Position numbers and translations under genes: made by a program
Source: Dehalococcoides sp. JdFR-56
GTDB taxonomy: Bacteria > Chloroflexota > Dehalococcoidia > Dehalococcoidales > RBG-16-60-22
Direction of reading: 5' to 3'
Assembly: GCA_002011495.1 (NCBI GenBank)
Contig: MTNR01000024.1
Location: 1 to 60,606 of the forward strand
Length of the DNA stretch: 60,606 nt
Notes under the pieces: generated by a model
What the model was told of the DNA's origin: nothing
Seen by the model: the letters and a program-made list of their open reading frames with translations, nothing else
Database searches by the model: none
In this document: positions 26,670 through 37,366 of the stretch, piece after piece
Layout of the letters: every line of letters starts with the position of its first letter
How positions within the stretch are numbered: the first letter of the stretch is position 1

Positions 26670-27482
26670 TTACTCTTCTTCCCCGTCCTCTTCGGCTTCC
26701 GCCACAAGCGCTTCCCCGCTGAGCCGAGGCAGCAGAGCCTCCATCTTCTTCTCCCCCGCCCGCGAGGGCAAGGTTAACTCGCCAATCATCTGGCAAAGCT
26801 CTTTCAGCCTCTCCCGCGGCGGCTTGGCCACCACCACGCCATCCACTCCCACCCTCCAGAGAGCCTGAAGCTCACCGGCGGTCACGCCCAGCGGCACCTG
26901 GGCCAGCAAGGGCTTGGTCAATAAGTCAGCAAAGCGCTGAAAGAGGGCGAGATGATGCCAGGTAAGCCGAGTTTCCTCGGCCTTGCCGGCGATGAGCACC
27001 GCATCCACCGGGAGCGCACTAACGGCTCTGAGCAAGCCCTCACTTAAGGACGGCTCCATCTCTAAAACCCGGCCCATCCCATCATCCCAAGCCACATCAA
27101 GAGCACTATCCAGCGGGAAGACGACAAAATCCAAGCCCGCCTCCACCGCAGGTTTTATCTCCCGGCTCAAGCCTTGAGCCAGCCGCAAGCCCCAAGGGAC
27201 ATCGGGTAGAGACTGGGCCACCTTCTTAAGAGACTTGGCTCCCGAGCCCACCCGCTCAATAAGCACCGCGTCAGCACCCCCAAGGCTATCAGCTAGCTGC
27301 TCAATATCATCCGCCTGGGCCAAATCGACCATGAGGAGCATCTTCGCCTTGGTTGAGGATGATGCCGCCCTAAAGCCTATGGGCTTGGACTCACCTTTTG
27401 ACACCCGGTTTAGCCTATCAATCAGCTTGCTCAACTTGACCCTCCAAGGAAATTCAAACCCCGTCATTTTAGAGTATAGCAT
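26670..27482 (-). CDS. Conserved hypothetical protein (alternating beta/alpha pattern, acidic C-tail)
   Basis: 270-aa ORF in coding-like composition, convergent with the IMPDH-family gene. No family recognised. Confidence 0.55.
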   Translation of the reverse strand: MLYSKMTGFEFPWRVKLSKLIDRLNRVSKGESKPIGFRAASSSTKAKMLLMVDLAQADDIEQLADSLGGADAVLIERVGSGAKSLKKVAQSLPDVPWGLRLAQGLSREIKPAVEAGLDFVVFPLDSALDVAWDDGMGRVLEMEPSLSEGLLRAVSALPVDAVLIAGKAEETRLTWHHLALFQRFADLLTKPLLAQVPLGVTAGELQALWRVGVDGVVVAKPPRERLKELCQMIGELTLPSRAGEKKMEALLPRLSGEALVAEAEEDGEEE

Positions 27483-27631
27483 AAGTTCAGGCGGCCAATA
27501 AAAACCACCCGGTGTTTGCCGGAAATAAGAGGGGGAAGCTGAGGCACCACCCCCAAGCTAGACAGACCGTGATGGGTAGGTTATAATTAGGTTTAGCTCA
27601 CCCAAGTTCTAGCCAAGGAAAGCGAGAGTCC

Positions 27632-28474
27632 ATGCCCAATCTTTATGTGGTCGCCACTCCCATCGGCAACCTAGAGGATATCTCCCTGCGGGCGCTGCGT
27701 ATTCTGCGTGAGGTAAAGCTCATCGCCGCCGAAGATACCCGCAAGACAAGACGCCTGCTCAGCGCCTATGATATCAAAACGCCGCTAACCAGCTACCATG
27801 AGCACAATAAGCAGGCCAAGCTTGAGTATGTCCTGAACTTTCTCCAAGATGGGGATGTGGCCCTGGTCTCTGAAGCTGGCATGCCGGGCATGTCTGACCC
27901 TGGCTATGAGCTGGTCAAAGCCGCCAGCAGGCGCGGCATCCCGGTTATCCCCATCCCCGGGCCTTCGGCCGTGGTCACGGCGTTGGTGGTCTCCGGGCTG
28001 CCCACGGACAGGTTTCTCTACCTTGGCTTTCTGCCCCGCCGGGCCAGTGCCCGGCGCACCCTTCTTGAATCGGTGGCCGATGAGCCCGGCACCATTGTCA
28101 TCCTAGAGGCGCCCCACCGGCTGCAGGCAACGCTGAGCGACCTGCTCTCCGTCCTTGGCGACCGAGAGATCGCCGTCTGCCGTGAGCTGACCAAGCTTCA
28201 TGAGGAGATCTTTCGGGGAACCACCAGCCAGGCGATGGCGCACTTCACCCAGCCCAGAGGAGAGTTCACCCTGGTCATTAAGGGCAGGGGGAAGAGAAAG
28301 CCAGAGATGACCCAGGCCATTGAGCAGCGGCTGCACGATATGTATCTCTCTGGGACCACAGCTAAAGAGGCCATCGCCGAGGTGGCCAGAGATACCGGCC
28401 TACCCAAGCGGGAGCTTTACCGGGCCTGGCTCAAGCTGGCAAGGTCTGGGGGAAGAATTCACATCACAGTTTGA
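27632..28474 (+). CDS. rsmI: 16S rRNA (cytidine1402-2'-O)-methyltransferase
   Basis: LYVVATPIGNLEDISLRALRIL N-terminus, tetrapyrrole-methylase fold, 280 aa. Confidence 0.9.
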   Translation: MPNLYVVATPIGNLEDISLRALRILREVKLIAAEDTRKTRRLLSAYDIKTPLTSYHEHNKQAKLEYVLNFLQDGDVALVSEAGMPGMSDPGYELVKAASRRGIPVIPIPGPSAVVTALVVSGLPTDRFLYLGFLPRRASARRTLLESVADEPGTIVILEAPHRLQATLSDLLSVLGDREIAVCRELTKLHEEIFRGTTSQAMAHFTQPRGEFTLVIKGRGKRKPEMTQAIEQRLHDMYLSGTTAKEAIAEVARDTGLPKRELYRAWLKLARSGGRIHITV

Positions 28475-28486
28475 GGAGCGAGAATT

Positions 28487-28705
28487 ATGCGTCGTGGATG
28501 CATATCTTTGGGAGAAGTCAAGTGCGATGAGTGTCACCGCGTAATACCATATCCGGAGCGCTATTTGGCCGTAGATGAAAAAGACGGCGTTGAGGACGAG
28601 GAAGGTGAGACCAGACGCTACTGCGTTGAGTGCTGCCTGAAGAAAGGCTACGCCCATTACAAGGAAGAGAAGGGGGAGCAGGTGCTGACCTTCTTTCAGG
28701 ATTAA
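28487..28705 (+). CDS. Small zinc-ribbon protein (2x CxxC)
   Basis: 72 aa with CDEC...CVEC, between rsmI and metG. Confidence 0.5.
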   Translation: MRRGCISLGEVKCDECHRVIPYPERYLAVDEKDGVEDEEGETRRYCVECCLKKGYAHYKEEKGEQVLTFFQD

Positions 28706-28736
28706 GTATTTTATAGCTTGGGTTTGAGGATAGTCT

Positions 28737-30413
28737 ATGAGCGAAAAGATTTTTATTGGTGTTGCCTGGCCGTATGCCAACGGTTCACTGCATCTGGGAC
28801 AGATCGCCGGGGCGTATCTGCCTCCGGATATTTTCGCCCGCTACCACCGCACCAAAGGCAATGAGGTGCTGATGGTCTCCGGCTCAGACCAGCACGGCAC
28901 GCCCATCACCCTCAAGGCGGAGCAGGAGGGGAAAAAGCCCAGTGAGATCGCCGCCAGGTACCACCGGGAGTTCTTGGAATGCTGGCAGAAGTTTGGCATT
29001 TCCTTTGATCTGTTCACCACCACCGGCACCGCCAACCACGCCCAGGTAACCCAAGACATCTTCCTTACCCTGCTCAACCGGGGCTATATCTATAAGGACA
29101 CCGTCTCCCAGCCCTTCTGCCCCAAATGCCAGCGCTATCTGGCTGACCGTTATATTGAGGGCCTCTGCCCCTACTGCCATTCCCCAGGGGCCAGGGGGGA
29201 TCAGTGCGAGGCCTGCGGGAAACCTTTGAGCCCGGCCGAGCTAATTGAGCCCCAATGCCGCATCTGCGGCACCACCCCCGTTTTCCAGGATACCGAGCAC
29301 TTCTTCCTCAAACTCACCGCCTTCAATGAGCGGCTCCACGCCTGGGTCAAGCAACAGACCCACTGGCGCCCCAATGTGCTCAACTTCACCCTGCGCTACC
29401 TGGAGGAGGGGCTGAAAGACCGGGCGATAACCCGTGACATTGACTGGGGAGTGCCAGTGCCGATCAGCGGCTTTGAAGATAAGCGCATCTACGTCTGGTT
29501 TGAGGCGGTCATCGGCTATCTCTCCGCGGCTAAAGAATGGGCCAAATCCAGCGGCGATGAGGAGCGCTGGCGCGCCTTCTGGCAGAATAATGAGGCCAAG
29601 AGCTATTATTTCATCGGCAAGGATAATATCCCCTTCCACACCCTCATCTGGCCGGCCATGCTCATGGGCTATGGGGATAACCTCAACCTGCCCTATGACG
29701 TGCCGGCCAACGAATTCTTAACCATTGAGGGCAGAAAGCTCTCCACCAGCCACAACTGGGCCGTCTGGCTGCTTGACTATCTCTCCCGCTATGAGCCTGA
29801 CCCGCTGCGGTACCTACTCTCCATCAACATGCCGGAAACCGCCGATACCGACTTTTCCTGGCGCGAGTTCGTTCGGCGCAATAATGATGAGCTGGTGGCC
29901 ACCTACGGCAACCTGGTTCACCGTGTGCTCACCTTCGTTTACCGCAACTTTGAGGGTGCCGTGCCCACGCCTGGAGAGCTTGACCCCCAGGACCAGGCGA
30001 TCCTCAATGCCGCTCAAGATACCCTGAAGACCGTGGATCAGCTTCTCTATGGCTGCCATTTCCGAGAGGCGATAAGGGCCGCCATGTCCCTAGCCCAGGA
30101 AGCCAACCGCTACCTTGATGAGAAATCGCCCTGGAAGATGATCAAAGAGAACCGAGAGGCAGCGGCGAACTCCTTGTACACCACCCTCTGCGTAATCGCC
30201 AACCTAAAAACCATGCTCTATCCCTTCCTACCCTTCAGCTCGCAGAAGCTGCACCAGCTTCTCGGTTTTAAGGGTAAGGTTGAGGATTACGGCTGGCAAC
30301 CCCAGCGGCTACCTCCAGGGCAGAAGCTACTTCCCCCCGAGCCCCTGTTCAGCAAACTGGATGATAGCCTGATTGAGGAGGAGACCCGGAGATTGGGACA
30401 AGCCCCCGGCTGA
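28737..30413 (+). CDS. metG: Methionine--tRNA ligase (no C-terminal Trbp111 domain)
   Basis: HIGH-like HLGQ, zinc knuckles CPKC/CPYC/CEAC, KMSKS-like KLSTS. 558 aa. Confidence 0.95.
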   Translation: MSEKIFIGVAWPYANGSLHLGQIAGAYLPPDIFARYHRTKGNEVLMVSGSDQHGTPITLKAEQEGKKPSEIAARYHREFLECWQKFGISFDLFTTTGTANHAQVTQDIFLTLLNRGYIYKDTVSQPFCPKCQRYLADRYIEGLCPYCHSPGARGDQCEACGKPLSPAELIEPQCRICGTTPVFQDTEHFFLKLTAFNERLHAWVKQQTHWRPNVLNFTLRYLEEGLKDRAITRDIDWGVPVPISGFEDKRIYVWFEAVIGYLSAAKEWAKSSGDEERWRAFWQNNEAKSYYFIGKDNIPFHTLIWPAMLMGYGDNLNLPYDVPANEFLTIEGRKLSTSHNWAVWLLDYLSRYEPDPLRYLLSINMPETADTDFSWREFVRRNNDELVATYGNLVHRVLTFVYRNFEGAVPTPGELDPQDQAILNAAQDTLKTVDQLLYGCHFREAIRAAMSLAQEANRYLDEKSPWKMIKENREAAANSLYTTLCVIANLKTMLYPFLPFSSQKLHQLLGFKGKVEDYGWQPQRLPPGQKLLPPEPLFSKLDDSLIEEETRRLGQAPG

Positions 30414-30428
30414 TGGAGAGGGGAAGCC

Positions 30429-31394
30429 TTGGAACTGAGCAAGATTTACCGACCGATTCAGCAAGACCTGGACAAGGTGAAGGAAAACCTCAGGTCAATC
30501 ATCAAAGTTGACTTCCCGTGGCTATCTGAGCAGCTCGGCCACGTGGTGAAAAGCGGGGGCAAAGGCATCCGACCCGCGCTCACTTTGCTAGCCGGGAAGT
30601 TCTACAATTATAACCTGAAATACCTCCTGCCCATGGCGGGCGCCGTGGAGCTGATGCACACGGCGACACTGGTTCATGATGACGCCATTGATAAATCTGT
30701 GGTGCGCCGGGGCCAGCCCACTATCTATAAGCTATGGGGGGAGGAGCCAGCCGTGCTGCTGGGAGACTACCTCTTCGCCAAGGCTGGCGAATTTGTCTCG
30801 GACACCCAGAGCCCGCGCGTGATCAAGCTCTTCTCCCAGACCCTGGCCACCATCTCCAGCGGGGAATTAAACCAGTTCCTCACCGCCTATCAGGTAGAGC
30901 AGACCCGGGAGCAATATTTCCAGAGGATTTCCAGCAAAACTGCCTCCTTATTCTCCCTGGCCACAGAATCAGGCGCCATCCTGAGCCAGGCTCCAGAGGA
31001 ACAGGTCAAGGCGCTAAAAGACTACGGATATAACCTGGGCATCGCCTTTCAGATTGTGGATGATATCCTGGATTTCACCGGCACCGAGGAGAAGCTGGGC
31101 AAACCAATCGGCTCAGACCTGGCCCAAGGCACCCTCACCCTGCCAGCGATGCTTCTCCTGGAGCGCCACCCTGAGGACAACCCGATAAAGAAGTGGTTTG
31201 CCGAGAGAGCTGACCAAAAAAACATAGACCTGGCGATAAAGCTGATCCGTGATTCCTCAATCATTGATGAGTGCTACCGGGTAGCCGCCGAGTATTGCAC
31301 TAGAGCCTGTCAGAATCTCAGCTCGCTGCCTGAGAATGCCAGCCGCCAGGCGCTCATTGACCTGGCCGATTACGTCATCAAGCGGAAAAAGTAG
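30429..31394 (+). CDS. Polyprenyl diphosphate synthase (trans-IPPS, medium/long chain)
   Basis: DDxxD motifs LVHDDAIDKS and QIVDDILDF. 321 aa, TTG start. Confidence 0.9.
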   Translation: MELSKIYRPIQQDLDKVKENLRSIIKVDFPWLSEQLGHVVKSGGKGIRPALTLLAGKFYNYNLKYLLPMAGAVELMHTATLVHDDAIDKSVVRRGQPTIYKLWGEEPAVLLGDYLFAKAGEFVSDTQSPRVIKLFSQTLATISSGELNQFLTAYQVEQTREQYFQRISSKTASLFSLATESGAILSQAPEEQVKALKDYGYNLGIAFQIVDDILDFTGTEEKLGKPIGSDLAQGTLTLPAMLLLERHPEDNPIKKWFAERADQKNIDLAIKLIRDSSIIDECYRVAAEYCTRACQNLSSLPENASRQALIDLADYVIKRKK

Positions 31395-31397
31395 CCG

Positions 31398-33335
31398 CTA
31401 ATCGGACGGGGCTGGGGTTTGCTTCGGCACCAGGCGAGGCATCACAGGAGCCTTCTTCGGCTTGGCCTCGGGCTCGGCCTCAGCCACCGGCTCCACCGGT
31501 GCCGGAGTGAGGGTAGGGGTGACTTTCCTAGCCGGTTTGGGAGCGATCTCATTGAAAATCGCCTCCAGCTCCTCGCCCTCCAGCGTCTCCTTGGCCATGA
31601 GCCTCTCGGCAAGGAAAATGAGCTTGGACTTATTCTTGGTCAGAATCTCCCTGGCGGTCTCGTGAGCCTCCTGGATGATCTGGTAGACCTCATCATCGAT
31701 CTGCTCGGCCACCTTATCGCTGTAGTCCCTCTGTTCGGAGATCTCACGGCCGAGAAAGACCAGCTCCTCCTTATGCCCGAAGGTCCGCGGCCCCAGCTTG
31801 TCACTCATGCCAAAGCTGGTCACCATGGCCCGGGCTATCTTGGTCGCCTGCTCGATATCATTCTGCGCCCCGGTGGTCATCTCGTTGAAGATGAGCTCCT
31901 CGGCGGTATGCCCGCCAAGGAGGGTAGCCAGCATATCCTTGAACTGGGAGCGGGTCATGAGGTAGCGGTCCTCAATGGGTAGCTGCCGGGTATGGCCCAG
32001 GGACATGCCGCGCGCCACGATGGATATCTTGTGCACCGGGTCAGCATTGGGTAGTACCCTGGCCACCAGCGCATGCCCCGCCTCATGATAGGCGGTGATC
32101 TCCTTCTCCTTGGGGCTTATCTTGCGGCTCTTGCGCTCTGGCCCAGCGATCACCCGGTCAATAGACTCCTCAAGCTCCTGCATGCCGATGGCGCCCTTAT
32201 TACGCCTCGCCGCCAGAATGGCCGCCTCATTGACCAAATTGGCTAGATCAGCCCCGCTGAAACCCACCGTCTCCTTGGCCAGCACCTCCAGGTCAACGTC
32301 CTTGGCCAATGGCTTGCCATTGGTATGGACCTTAAGAATGGCCAGCCGCCCGCTGATATCAGGGCGGTCCAGCACCACCCGCCGGTCAAAGCGGCCAGGG
32401 CGAAGCAGCGCCGGGTCAAGTATATCCGGCCGGTTGGTCGCCGCCATGACGATCACGTTGGTGCTGGTATCAAAGCCGTCCATCTCCACCAGAATCTGAT
32501 TGAGGGTTTGCTCCCGCTCGTCATGGCTGCCACCCAGTCCGGCGCCACGGTGACGCCCCACAGCATCAATCTCATCAATGAAGACGATGCACGGGGCATT
32601 CCGCTTGGCCTGGTCAAAGAGGTCACGCACTCTGGAGGCGCCGACGCCAACAAACATCTCCACAAATTCGCTGCCGCTGATGGAAAAGAAGGGCACATCA
32701 GCCTCACCAGCCACCGCCCGGGCCATGAGCGTCTTGCCCGTGCCCGGCGGCCCGACCAGTAACACCCCCTTGGGGATGCGCGCCCCCAAGCGCTGGAATT
32801 TCTCCCGCGCCTTGAGGAAGTCAACCACCTCCCGCAGCTCCTGTTTCGCCTCCTCCACCCCGGCCACATCATCAAAGGTTACCGTGGGGCGGTTCGCCGG
32901 GAATAGTCTCGCCCGGCTGCGGCCAAAGCTCATCGCCTGGCTGTTGGCCCCACGCGCCTGGCGGAAAAGGAAGAACAATAGCCCACCAAAGATAAGCAGA
33001 GGCAGGAAATTGAGCATCAGGCCTCCCCAATTGATCCCGGATGAACCCTTTATGTCAACCACCACCCCCTCCAGGTCCAGCCCCTCAATGTCATAGAGGC
33101 TGGAGTTGCTCTCTTTGAAGGCCCGGTACTGGGCATCATCAACGGTGGTGATGAGCAGCATATCATCCTCCACCCTGATCTCGGCGATCTCCTTATTCTG
33201 GGACATGGCCACCACTTCACTTATGGGGATTTCCTCAGGCTTGTTCGCCGAGGGCAGGAGATAGGAGAAAAGCGCGATCGCCGCCAGCAGGATGGCGATG
33301 TAAATCAAACCACTACGTTTCCAGCCTGGTTTCAC
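31398..33335 (-). CDS. ftsH: ATP-dependent zinc metalloprotease FtsH
   Basis: Walker [12 protein letters not shown] region and HEAGHAL zinc site. 645 aa. Confidence 0.95.
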   Translation of the reverse strand: MKPGWKRSGLIYIAILLAAIALFSYLLPSANKPEEIPISEVVAMSQNKEIAEIRVEDDMLLITTVDDAQYRAFKESNSSLYDIEGLDLEGVVVDIKGSSGINWGGLMLNFLPLLIFGGLLFFLFRQARGANSQAMSFGRSRARLFPANRPTVTFDDVAGVEEAKQELREVVDFLKAREKFQRLGARIPKGVLLVGPPGTGKTLMARAVAGEADVPFFSISGSEFVEMFVGVGASRVRDLFDQAKRNAPCIVFIDEIDAVGRHRGAGLGGSHDEREQTLNQILVEMDGFDTSTNVIVMAATNRPDILDPALLRPGRFDRRVVLDRPDISGRLAILKVHTNGKPLAKDVDLEVLAKETVGFSGADLANLVNEAAILAARRNKGAIGMQELEESIDRVIAGPERKSRKISPKEKEITAYHEAGHALVARVLPNADPVHKISIVARGMSLGHTRQLPIEDRYLMTRSQFKDMLATLLGGHTAEELIFNEMTTGAQNDIEQATKIARAMVTSFGMSDKLGPRTFGHKEELVFLGREISEQRDYSDKVAEQIDDEVYQIIQEAHETAREILTKNKSKLIFLAERLMAKETLEGEELEAIFNEIAPKPARKVTPTLTPAPVEPVAEAEPEAKPKKAPVMPRLVPKQTPAPSD

Positions 33336-33441
33336 GCTTCACCTCAAATATTTTTGCCTTAACTATAGCATTATACCAAAAACAACACCCAATAGGAAAA
33401 TGGAAATGGTTACTTATCAGCCCCGTACCTTCGGGCTATTC

Positions 33442-34269
33442 CTAGAAGCGACAGTAGGTGGTCTGCAGGAGCAGCGCATCCTCTTCCAGATTGGGGCTTT
33501 CACAGATGACCATTCCCTTCACTTCATAATCTTTCAGCGCGCTCAAGAGCTCGGTGTAGCGTAAGTCTGACTGCGCCAAATTCAGATGATTTACCTCCCC
33601 CTTCTTGCCATAGCTAATACCGGAAACATGAATGTGCATATTATCCAGAGCCGCACCGCCCAGCCGCTCCCTCACCTGGAGCAAAATGGCGGCAAACTCT
33701 GAGTAAGAGTTGAACTTGCCGGTGCGGGCATGCCAGTGGGCGAAGTCAATGCAGGGGGCCACCCCTTCAAGCTCGGTGCTCAATCTGAGCACCTCCTCCA
33801 GCGTGCCAAACTGGCTGTCCTTGCCGGTAACCTCCAGCCTGATACACACCGGGTTATTCTCCCGCTTGAGCTGGTTCAGCACCTCAACCAGGTGCTGCTT
33901 CACCCGCTCATAAGCCTCCTCTGGTGGGTCATCGAGATAAAAGGCGGGGTGAAAGACGATGCTCTCCGCCCCACATACCGAGGCGATGCGGGCCGTCTGC
34001 AGAATCCGGTCCTGGCTGGCTCTCACCTTCTCCAAGTCGTGAGCATTGAGGTTGATGAAGTAGGGGGCGTGGGCCGAGAGCTTCACCCCCTTCCGCGAGG
34101 CGACCTCCGCCACTAGGCGGGCTGCTCCCTCCCCCATCTTCACCCCCTGAACGAACTCAATCTCCATACAGCCCAAGCCGAGCTCGGCGATGCGCTCGAT
34201 GCCATCAACGGTGGAGCCGGTCCTAGCGCTGTGAGGAGTACCCCCTGTCCCGAAAAGAAGCCCAGCCAT
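33442..34269 (-). CDS. Endonuclease IV-like AP endonuclease family 2 (TIM barrel) protein
   Basis: 275 aa, xylose-isomerase-like barrel with His/Asp/Glu-rich pattern (SAHAPYFINL, IVFHPAFY, CIDFAHWHA). Confidence 0.7.
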   Translation of the reverse strand: MAGLLFGTGGTPHSARTGSTVDGIERIAELGLGCMEIEFVQGVKMGEGAARLVAEVASRKGVKLSAHAPYFINLNAHDLEKVRASQDRILQTARIASVCGAESIVFHPAFYLDDPPEEAYERVKQHLVEVLNQLKRENNPVCIRLEVTGKDSQFGTLEEVLRLSTELEGVAPCIDFAHWHARTGKFNSYSEFAAILLQVRERLGGAALDNMHIHVSGISYGKKGEVNHLNLAQSDLRYTELLSALKDYEVKGMVICESPNLEEDALLLQTTYCRF

Positions 34270-34294
34270 TTATCCCCCAAAGGCTAACCTGCCA

Positions 34295-34366
34295 AGCCAG
34301 CGGTCGGATTCGAACCGACGACCGGCGGTTTACGAAACCGCTGCTCTACCACTGAGCTACGCTGGC
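34295..34366 (-). tRNA. tRNA-Thr (anticodon CGU)
   Basis: Cloverleaf folded by hand. Acceptor GCCAGCG/CGCTGGC, D arm GCTC-AGTGGTA-GAGC, anticodon arm GCGGT-TTCGTAA-ACCGC, V loop CGGTC, T arm GTCGG-TTCGAAT-CCGAC. CCA is not encoded. Confidence 0.95.
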
Positions 34367-34425
34367 TATAACTCAGTATAGCACAAAAAATACCCGCTCT
34401 TGAAGCCAGCCAAGGAAACCCTAGT

Positions 34426-34455
34426 TTGACACATGAGGAGCCGCAGTGCTATGAT
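34426..34455 (+). promoter_or_regulatory. Putative promoter of the M42 peptidase gene
   Basis: TTGACA (34426-34431), 18-nt spacer, TATGAT (34450-34455). Confidence 0.4.
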
Positions 34456-34608
34456 TGCTGCTTGAGTATGCCTGTGCCAGCTAGCGGATAATCAGAGTGC
34501 ACCCGTGCCAGATAACCCCACAGAGCACGCCGGTTGCCGTCGCCCCCGAGAATCGGACGGCGACTTCAAAATATCCTTCAAGGAAGCCAAAATAAGAAGA
34601 GGTATGCC

Positions 34609-35640
34609 GTGATTGGCAAGTTAGTTTATGAGCTAGTACAGATTCCCGGGCCCTCTGGGTTTGAGAGCCGGGTAGCTGGTAGGCTCAAAGAGCTGCTGGA
34701 GAAGCACGTTGATGAGATTTATATTGATAAGATAGGTAATCTCATTGCCAAAAAGAGGGGGACGGAGGGAAAGCGCTCGCTGGCGCTAGTCGCCCATATG
34801 GACCAGGTCAGCCTGGTGGTGACCAAGGTTGATGAATTTGTCTGGTTTGAGAAACTGGGCTGGATTGACCCGGCCAATCTGCCTGGCACCCCGGTGCTTA
34901 TCTTAAGCGCCGAGCGAGATGTTCCCGGTGTGGTCTGCGCCTCCAGCTCCGTGGGCCGTCATGAAGCCGGCACGCTCTGGATTGACGTTGGCGACCGGCA
35001 GCGGTTCGTCTCCGTGGGAGACCCTGTTGTCTACGCCTCCCCGCCGCGGTGGCTGGATGATGGTAATACCATCCTGGCCAGCCATTCCATTGATGACCGG
35101 GTCGGTTGCGGCGTTCTAGTGGAGGTGGCGCGGAGGCTGAGCCAGCCACCCAGGCACGATATCTACTTTGTCGGCTCGGTTCAGGAGGAAATAGGCTGCC
35201 TCGGCGTCAAGTATTTCCTCCAGCAGACCACCCCGGACTGGCTCATCGTGCTAGATACCGGCTTTGCCCAGGATGCCATACCTGACATCAATCGCTCGGT
35301 GCCGCTGCGCACCGGGCTGGGAGTGCGCCGGCTCTCCTTCGTCAGGCCCAACGCCCCCTACCCGGCCACGGTGAACTTCGCCAGCCCCAGGCTAAATCAA
35401 CTGCTGATGGACGCTGCCAAGAAGCAGAATATCCCGTTTCACCTTGATGTGAGCACTGGGATATTCTCCGACCATACCATCGCCTATGAGACCAACCCGG
35501 GGGTGGAATCCACCTTTATGTTCGTGGCGGCAAGGAGATACAGCCACTCCCCCACCGAAGTGGCCGATATGACCAACGCCGAGCGCGCCGTGGACGTCCT
35601 CTGTCAGGCGCTCGCCGAGATGGATAGCTGGGATGGGTAA
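34609..35640 (+). CDS. M42 family metallopeptidase (FrvX/endoglucanase-like aminopeptidase)
   Basis: IPGPSGFE..., IDKIGNLIA..., HMDQV..., SIDDRVGC... are typical M42. GTG 34609 after AAGAAGAGG fits family N-termini. The ORF is open back to TTG 34534. Confidence 0.8.
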   Translation: MIGKLVYELVQIPGPSGFESRVAGRLKELLEKHVDEIYIDKIGNLIAKKRGTEGKRSLALVAHMDQVSLVVTKVDEFVWFEKLGWIDPANLPGTPVLILSAERDVPGVVCASSSVGRHEAGTLWIDVGDRQRFVSVGDPVVYASPPRWLDDGNTILASHSIDDRVGCGVLVEVARRLSQPPRHDIYFVGSVQEEIGCLGVKYFLQQTTPDWLIVLDTGFAQDAIPDINRSVPLRTGLGVRRLSFVRPNAPYPATVNFASPRLNQLLMDAAKKQNIPFHLDVSTGIFSDHTIAYETNPGVESTFMFVAARRYSHSPTEVADMTNAERAVDVLCQALAEMDSWDG

Positions 35641-35715
35641 GCCCCACAGGCGCTGGCCAAGGTGATGAACGATTGACAGAACTTTGAACATTCTCCAAGC
35701 CAGGAAAGGAGACGA

Positions 35716-36288
35716 GTGATGGCACGGATAGACTCAAGGCAGGCCGAGAGCGAAGCGGTGCTTGAGATAGCCAAACTGATGGCGGTAAGCGCCCGAACCG
35801 CCCCCAAGGGGAGAGGGCTGGACTCGATAAAGACGCTCATCCTGCATGGTGACGATGAGCTGGAGAGACTAGCTCAGGCCATGGAGGAAATATACCGGGA
35901 AGACCCGGAGCGGCTCCAGTTCTTCCAGCGAAACGCGGAAGACGTGCGTAAGTCCATGGTGGTACTGCTCATCGGCGTCACCGGTGAGCCCAAGAGGGTG
36001 GAATCGCCCCTTGACTGTGGGGCCTGCGGCCGAAACTGCCTGGCCATGCTTAAAGCAAAGAAGATAGACCGTGGCACCGCCAGGGGCCCGATGTGCCTCT
36101 TCCAGGGGATGGACCTGGGCATCGCCCTGGGCTCGGCGGTAAAGGCGGCCAGCGACCTCAACGTGGATAACCGCCTCATGTATTCCATCGGGGCCGCCGC
36201 CCGCAAAATCGGGCTACTGGACGCTGACCTCATCATCGGCATCCCCCTCTCTGCCACGGGTAAAAACATCTATTTTACGGGCAGGTAG
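35716..36288 (+). CDS. DUF2148-type ferredoxin-domain protein
   Basis: 190 aa. SARTAPKGRGLD...CGACGRNC...IGIPLSATGKNIYF matches my recollection of DUF2148. Confidence 0.65.
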   Translation: MMARIDSRQAESEAVLEIAKLMAVSARTAPKGRGLDSIKTLILHGDDELERLAQAMEEIYREDPERLQFFQRNAEDVRKSMVVLLIGVTGEPKRVESPLDCGACGRNCLAMLKAKKIDRGTARGPMCLFQGMDLGIALGSAVKAASDLNVDNRLMYSIGAAARKIGLLDADLIIGIPLSATGKNIYFTGR

Positions 36289-36310
36289 CTAAACAATTAG
36301 GAGGTATAAA

Positions 36311-37285
36311 ATGCCCAAAGTCTTCATCAGCCGGAGGATAAGCCAGGAAGCCATTGACCTGCTTCGCCCCCATGCTGAGGTTACCGCCTGGCAGAAAGAA
36401 GAGGCGCCATCGCGCCAGGAGCTCTTCCAGCATATCGCCGATAAAGAAGGGCTGATAGTCTGGCTGGACAAGGTGGATGCTGAATTTCTGAACCATGCCC
36501 CAAAGGTGAAAGTGATCGCCCACCGGGCGGCCGGCTTCGACAATATCGATGTTGAAGAGGCCACCAGGCGTGGCATCATGGTCTGCAACGCCCCACGTGG
36601 GGTGATTGAAGCCACCGCCGACTTCGCCTTCGGCCTGATGCTGGCCTCGGCACGGAAAATGGTGGAAGCCATCAACGCCACCTCGAGAGGAGAGTGGAAA
36701 ATATGGGACCCCATGGCCGTCCCCTACCTCGGCGATGATGTCCACCATAAGACGCTGGGCATCATCGGCATGGGCCGGATAGGCTCCGAGGTGGCCCGGA
36801 GGGCCCGGGGGTTTTCCATGAAGGTAATTTATTATGATATCGTGCGCAACCCGCATGAAGCCGAGCTCGGTGCCGAATATATCCCCGACCTAGCCACCCT
36901 GCTCCGAGAAGCTGACTTCGTCACCATCCATGTGCCCTTAAACAAAGAGACAAGACACATCATCGGGGCCAAGGAGCTCGCCTGCATGAAGCCGACGGCG
37001 ATATTGATCAATACCTCCAGAGGAGGCACCGTTGACCAGAAGGCTTTGTACCAGGCCCTCAAAGAAAGGCGGATACAGGCTGCGGCCATAGACGTCACCG
37101 AGGAGGAGCCGATCGCGCCCGATGACCCGCTGCTCAGTTTGGACAACATCATCATCTCCCCGCACATCGCCGGTGGCTCCAAGAGGGCAAGGTTGGAGAT
37201 GGACTTACTAGCCGCGGAGAATGTGGTGGCAGCCCTGAAAGGTGACCCCATACCCAGCTGCGTTAACTGCCACCTGCTAAAATAA
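36311..37285 (+). CDS. D-isomer-specific 2-hydroxyacid dehydrogenase (glyoxylate/hydroxypyruvate reductase-like)
   Basis: NAD fold GIIGMGRIGSEVARRA, catalytic R/E/H pattern. 324 aa. Confidence 0.85.
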   Translation: MPKVFISRRISQEAIDLLRPHAEVTAWQKEEAPSRQELFQHIADKEGLIVWLDKVDAEFLNHAPKVKVIAHRAAGFDNIDVEEATRRGIMVCNAPRGVIEATADFAFGLMLASARKMVEAINATSRGEWKIWDPMAVPYLGDDVHHKTLGIIGMGRIGSEVARRARGFSMKVIYYDIVRNPHEAELGAEYIPDLATLLREADFVTIHVPLNKETRHIIGAKELACMKPTAILINTSRGGTVDQKALYQALKERRIQAAAIDVTEEEPIAPDDPLLSLDNIIISPHIAGGSKRARLEMDLLAAENVVAALKGDPIPSCVNCHLLK

Positions 37286-37366
37286 AGAAAAAGGAGTGAT
37301 GCCAGGCTATAGGCCAGCATTTCAGCACCCAAAAGGGAAAATCTATAATAGTCTGGCTGATTTGAA

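Noticed and set aside
28400-28780. 126-aa hydrophobic-looking ORF antisense to the 72-aa zinc-ribbon gene and the metG start.
   Set aside because: It overlaps the metG start and the rsmI end. The sense-strand small ORF has the paired CxxC motifs and sensible spacing, whereas the antisense ORF has no RBS.
34270-34366. tRNA-Thr as an integration hotspot with an adjacent island.
   Set aside because: Both flanks (the endonuclease IV-like gene and the M42 peptidase) have background composition. There is no integrase and no direct repeat of the tRNA 3' end.
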